NCBI GenBank assembly: GCA_963796055.1
Contig: CAWCKH010000004.1
Span: forward strand, 736,001-800,000
Source: an uncultured delta proteobacterium
GTDB lineage: Bacteria; Myxococcota; Myxococcia; Myxococcales; Myxococcaceae
DNA length: 64,000 nucleotides
Direction: 5' to 3'
Shown: positions 59,985-64,000 of the stretch, one piece after another
Layout of the letters: each line of letters starts with the position of its first letter
Position numbering within the stretch: the stretch's first letter is position 1
The notes under the pieces: model-generated
Database searches by the model: none
Seen by the model: the letters and a program-made list of their open reading frames with translations, nothing else
What the model was told of the DNA's origin: nothing
Position numbers and translations under genes: made by a program

Positions 59985-61646
59985 TCAGATCTTTCCTGAT
60001 TTCACCCGCTGCACCAGCCGGTCCGCCACCCGGTAGGCGTTGGCCATGATGGTGAGGGTGTTGGGGTTGCCGCCGCTGGTGGGCATGAAGCTGCCGTCCA
60101 CCACGTAGAGGTTGGGGACGCTGTGGGCGCGGCAGTCCCGGTCCAGGACGCTGGTGGCCGGGTCATTTCCGAAGCGGCAGGTGCCGTGCTGGAGGATGGT
60201 GGTCTCGCCGGCCTCGGTGACCCGCCACACCGCCTCCGGCTCCATCGCCTTCAGCAGATCCTCGCCGCGATCGATGAGGTAGCGGGTGACCGGGAGGTCT
60301 GCGGGGTGTCGATCGATGGTGATCGCCGCCACCGGCAGGCCGTACCGGTCCAGCACCGAGTCCTCCACGGTCACGTAGGTCCCGGCGGTGGGCAGCCACT
60401 CGGCGTAGGTCTCGAACTGCAGCACCTTGCTGTCGCGGAACACGCGGAACCGCTCCTTCAGCTCCTTGCCGAAGACCCCCTTGCCCCCCTGGGCGAGCAC
60501 GATGCCCTGGCTGATCGGAGCCGGGTGCTCCCAGAGAAAGCCGATCGCCCCGCCCTTCCTGCTCCCCAGCTTCGCCGAGGCTGGGAGGACGTAGTGGTCC
60601 GAGATGCTGCGCTGGACGAAGGGCGCCGGATCGTCCAGCCAGGGCCAGCTCTGCTTGCGCCTGGAGATGCGGAACGAGGCCCGGGACCTCCCGAATCCGC
60701 TGAACGTCAGATTCTTTCCCACCAGCCCGCTGTCGTTGGCCAGGCCCCTCGGCCAGCGGGCCGAGCGGGAGTTGAGGAGCAGCCGCGCGCTCTCCACCGC
60801 GGTGCAGGAGACGACCACGATCTTCGCCGGCTGTTCCTGAAGCACGCCGCCTTCGTCCAGGTACACCACGCTGCGGGCCCGACCGTCCGGCCCGACCTCC
60901 ACGCTGCGCGCCATGCACCCGGTCCGGAGCTCCACCTTGCCGGTGGCCAGCGCCAGGGGGATGAGCGCCGAGTGGGTGCTGGACTTCGCGCCCACCTCGC
61001 ACCCATAGCTTCCGCAGAAGGTGCAGTAGATGCACCCGGCGCGCCCCCGGTAGGGACGGCTGTTGATCGCCCGTGCGGTGGGGTACGGGTGGACGCCGAT
61101 CTTCTTCCCCGCCCGGTCGATCTCCCGGGCGATGGGGTGCTCGTCGAGCGGCGGCAGGGGGTACGGCTTCCTCCGCGGCTCGGCCCAGGGATGCGCGGTC
61201 ACCACGCCGGAGACGCCGATCTCCTCCTCCACCTGCTCGTAGTAGGGGAGCAGATCCTGGTAGCCGATGGGCCAGTCCACCACCGTCGAGCCGGCGGGCG
61301 CACCGAGCATCGACTTCATCCGGAAGTCCACCGGCTTGAGGCGGTAGAAGAACCCGCTCATGTGCACCGTGCCCCCGCCCACGCAGTTGGCGGTCCAGGC
61401 GTGGTTGGTGCGCGAGTACTTCCCGGTCTGCCCGGTCCGCCACAGGTGCGGCTCGTCCCACGGCAGGGGCATGAAGAAGTTGCGCCGGCTGATGGCGATC
61501 TCGTCGTGGGTGAAGTCGGCCTCGCTGTAGCGCGGGCCTTTCTCCAGGAGCACCACCCGGTAGCCCGCGCGCCCCAGCTGCAGCGCCATCGGAGCGCCAC
61601 CTGCACCGCTGCCCACCACCACCACGTCCACCTCGGAGAGCGCCAT
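59985..61646 (-). CDS. GMC-family flavoprotein oxidoreductase (catalytic subunit)
   Basis: VVVGSGAGG FAD motif, VGGGT, CIYCTFCGSYGC Fe-S-type motif, HGTCRFG, NLYVVDGSFMP...NPNTLT. Confidence 0.93.
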   Translation of the reverse strand: MALSEVDVVVVGSGAGGAPMALQLGRAGYRVVLLEKGPRYSEADFTHDEIAISRRNFFMPLPWDEPHLWRTGQTGKYSRTNHAWTANCVGGGTVHMSGFFYRLKPVDFRMKSMLGAPAGSTVVDWPIGYQDLLPYYEQVEEEIGVSGVVTAHPWAEPRRKPYPLPPLDEHPIAREIDRAGKKIGVHPYPTARAINSRPYRGRAGCIYCTFCGSYGCEVGAKSSTHSALIPLALATGKVELRTGCMARSVEVGPDGRARSVVYLDEGGVLQEQPAKIVVVSCTAVESARLLLNSRSARWPRGLANDSGLVGKNLTFSGFGRSRASFRISRRKQSWPWLDDPAPFVQRSISDHYVLPASAKLGSRKGGAIGFLWEHPAPISQGIVLAQGGKGVFGKELKERFRVFRDSKVLQFETYAEWLPTAGTYVTVEDSVLDRYGLPVAAITIDRHPADLPVTRYLIDRGEDLLKAMEPEAVWRVTEAGETTILQHGTCRFGNDPATSVLDRDCRAHSVPNLYVVDGSFMPTSGGNPNTLTIMANAYRVADRLVQRVKSGKI

Positions 61647-61652
61647 CGGCGG

Positions 61653-62288
61653 TCAGCCTTTCCGGGCCTGGCAGCCGTGGTGGTGCCCGGAGGGATCGGC
61701 GCAGCCCTGCCGGGCGTGGCCGAAACCAATCAGCTCCCAGCCACGCCCGCCCCTGTTGCCTCCGTGCGTCGGATCTCCGAACAGCCCTTCCATGGTCAGC
61801 CCGATGAGCACCGTCCAGTAGTGCTGCTCGCCCGAGCCGCCCGGCGAGTCCTTGAACTCGGTGAGCAGCGCGTCCTGCTCGGCGGGGGCGAGCGCGGCGA
61901 AGGGTTTCCGGTGCCGGGTCTGCGCCCGGCGCATCAATGCCTCGGTGCCGCGGACGAAGTCGTCGCGCACGTGGGCGAGCGTGGGCGTGGAGAGCGCCCG
62001 GTCGATGTACTCGGGCACCCCGAGGTCGATGGCGCCGGGCTCCTCGTCCCGGGGGCAGATCCGTTCCACCGCGGCGGCCACGGTGTCGTACTCGTCGTTG
62101 GTCAGCGAGCGGTGCGAGGTCTCGACCACCGGCCCGACCGTGGTCTCGGATTTCTTCGGCTCTGACGGCTTGCACGCCGCGTAGAGCAGCGCGGTCCCGG
62201 ACATGAAGCCCAGGTGCTCGATGAAGTGACGCCGGGTGATGTCCTCCGGACCGGTGTCCTCGGACGTGGGTGGAAGTGTCTCCGACAT
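61653..62288 (-). CDS. Gluconate 2-dehydrogenase subunit 3-family (Tat escort) protein
   Basis: TRRHFI twin-arginine signal; RICP..PGA..GVPEYIDRAL; EGLFGDPTHGGN..GWELIGF. Confidence 0.9.
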   Translation of the reverse strand: MSETLPPTSEDTGPEDITRRHFIEHLGFMSGTALLYAACKPSEPKKSETTVGPVVETSHRSLTNDEYDTVAAAVERICPRDEEPGAIDLGVPEYIDRALSTPTLAHVRDDFVRGTEALMRRAQTRHRKPFAALAPAEQDALLTEFKDSPGGSGEQHYWTVLIGLTMEGLFGDPTHGGNRGGRGWELIGFGHARQGCADPSGHHHGCQARKG

Positions 62289-62402
62289 GCGGAGGAGTGT
62301 CCCCCGGAAAATCGACGGCTCGCAAGACGATGCGCCTGCGGGCGATGCACATCGCTCGGGTAGAATGCGAGCTCGGATCCGGGGGTGAAAGTGAAGGAAG
62401 GG

Positions 62403-63884
62403 ATGCGTCCCACATCGATGGCGCTGGCGATCGGCGCCATGGCCGGACTCGCGCTCGCCGGCTGCGGCCGGAATCTCGGCGAGCTGATCTACAATGACAG
62501 CTTGCTGTGCGGTGACCAGACCCAGGCCTGCGCGCCGGACGGCGGGCGGTTCGACATCCACATCGTCGATCGCACCACCCTCGAGGTGGCCAATCCCTCC
62601 CTCCCCACCTTCGACATGGTGGCCAAGCCCGGAACCACCACCGTCGGCTTCGCCTACGTGCTGAAGAGCCCGCGGCAGGACTCGGGAGTGATCGCCATGT
62701 ACCCCGACGCCGGCCTCGTCGACTACGACATCATGTTCCAGGAGTACGACGTCGACGCCGGCGTGGGCTCGGGCGCGCAGCGGGTGCAGACGGTGCAGCG
62801 CTTCTTCGGGGTCACCGTGGCCTACCAGGCCAACGGTTCGCCCGCGGTGGCATACCTCGGTGGACCGCCCGACTTCACCGCTGCCTTCTGGTACCAGAAC
62901 GACGCCGCGGTCTCGTACTACACCGGCGGACGGTGGGTGGAGCAGGTGGCGGCGACCGACTCGTCGCCGCCCGCCTCCGGCTCGGCGCCGAGCGACAACG
63001 GCGACGTCGTCGGCTTCTACCCGGCCCTGATCTTCGAGGGAAACAACGCGGTGCTCGCCTACCGCGACGGCCACTTCGGCAGCTCCGCCGGCACCGGTGA
63101 CTGGAACGCGGCGGATCTGGAGATGGCCATCGGCGGCCCCACGAGCTGGACGCCGGTCGCCCTGCTCCAGGCGGGGAACTCCAAGGGCGCGGGCCGAGGC
63201 GGTTACGGCGCGCACAACCGCATCATCTACGGCGCCCAGACGCTGAGCTCCGGGCTCCGCGGAGCAGCGGTGGTCTCGGATCGCGCGGGGACCGCGCCCG
63301 ACACCTTCGGCGCCGACATCGAGTTCTCCGAGCAGCAGAGCGACGGCACCTGGAAGAGCTGCGGGGCGCTACAGCCGTTGACCAGCGTGGACACCCCGAG
63401 CATCCTGGGGGCCAACGGCGCGGCGATCCTCCCCAATACCCAGGCCGGTCCGTCCATCGACTACCGGGACAACTTCGGCTACGCGGTGGCGGTCACCAAC
63501 CGGAGCGTGAACGGCGCCTTCTTCACCGCCTGCGCGGCGAACAGCGACTGTACCCAGCCCGGGAACTGGGACACCCTCGACCCGGTGTTCCAGCGCGGCA
63601 GCGGCGGCTGGTACGCCGCGGCGGCGATCTCGCCCGACGGCGACCCCTCGGTCGCGTATTACATCTGCTCCAGCCAGCCCAACCGCAACGAGGGCAACTG
63701 CACCGGGGACGACTACCTGGCGGTGGCCAACCGCGGCCTGAGCCAGGTGTGGAGCGACCACGAGGTGGTGGTGGACACCGGTCCGGTGTTCCAGACCCGC
63801 ATGGTCTTCATCGGAAACCGCCGGGTCATCGGCTACCGCAACGGCGCCAGCGGCGTGCTGCAGCTCGCGGTCGAGAAGCCATGA
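62403..63884 (+). CDS. Lipoprotein, probably beta-propeller, hypothetical
   Basis: Lipobox LAGC; repeated 'P.VAY / LAY.D / VAYY' blades; TAGAAT at 62361-62366. Confidence 0.75.
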   Translation: MRPTSMALAIGAMAGLALAGCGRNLGELIYNDSLLCGDQTQACAPDGGRFDIHIVDRTTLEVANPSLPTFDMVAKPGTTTVGFAYVLKSPRQDSGVIAMYPDAGLVDYDIMFQEYDVDAGVGSGAQRVQTVQRFFGVTVAYQANGSPAVAYLGGPPDFTAAFWYQNDAAVSYYTGGRWVEQVAATDSSPPASGSAPSDNGDVVGFYPALIFEGNNAVLAYRDGHFGSSAGTGDWNAADLEMAIGGPTSWTPVALLQAGNSKGAGRGGYGAHNRIIYGAQTLSSGLRGAAVVSDRAGTAPDTFGADIEFSEQQSDGTWKSCGALQPLTSVDTPSILGANGAAILPNTQAGPSIDYRDNFGYAVAVTNRSVNGAFFTACAANSDCTQPGNWDTLDPVFQRGSGGWYAAAAISPDGDPSVAYYICSSQPNRNEGNCTGDDYLAVANRGLSQVWSDHEVVVDTGPVFQTRMVFIGNRRVIGYRNGASGVLQLAVEKP

Positions 63885-64000
63885 CCCGGGCGTCACTGAT
63901 CCTCGTTGCCGCGCTGGCGGTGGCCGCCGCCATGGCCTGCGGCAAGGGAGACAACTCGCTCGACGGGAGCCTCTCCGAGGTCTTCGACCTGGACGTCTCC
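63881..64000 (+). CDS. Lipoprotein, 3'-truncated by the window edge
   Basis: ATG overlaps the previous stop; MTRASLILVAALAVAAAMACG lipobox; not in the ORF track. Confidence 0.7.
   Translation, partial: MTRASLILVAALAVAAAMACGKGDNSLDGSLSEVFDLDVS

Overview
Very GC-rich chromosomal window, almost certainly from a myxobacterium (MYXO-CTERM proteins, an mts-like locus, an FHA-sigma54 activator, a zf-HC2/CHAT anti-sigma, many DGG-rich lipoproteins). I found no rRNA, tRNA, IS/phage or CRISPR array. Left third: housekeeping and metabolism, with a PAS-GGDEF cyclase (partial), acnA, a pafB/pafC-like WYL pair, an aminotransferase, msrB, hflX and a glycolate operon (permease-aceB-glcDEF). Middle: an OmpA lipoprotein, a DUF1552/DUF1592 pair, an ECF sigma/anti-sigma/cytochrome c unit divergent from a Tat metallophosphoesterase and a CuA cupredoxin (back-to-back ECF-type promoters between them), a sphingolipid-type desaturase, gpsA, two large Ig/propeller lipoproteins and a two-component system. 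Right part: (i) an apparent operon of ECF sigma, zf-HC2-TM-TPR-CHAT (caspase-like) anti-sigma, a Cys/Pro-rich lipoprotein and a neprosin-like glutamic peptidase, my best candidate for an undescribed proteolytic signalling system; (ii) an mts-like cell-cohesion locus carrying a second near-identical mtsC copy with its own sigma54 promoter and terminator, flanked by a di-haem propeller protein and a GMC oxidoreductase pair. At least five +/-1 frameshifts fall in short homopolymers and are most simply explained as consensus errors. Family assignments come from motif recognition only; no database search was run.
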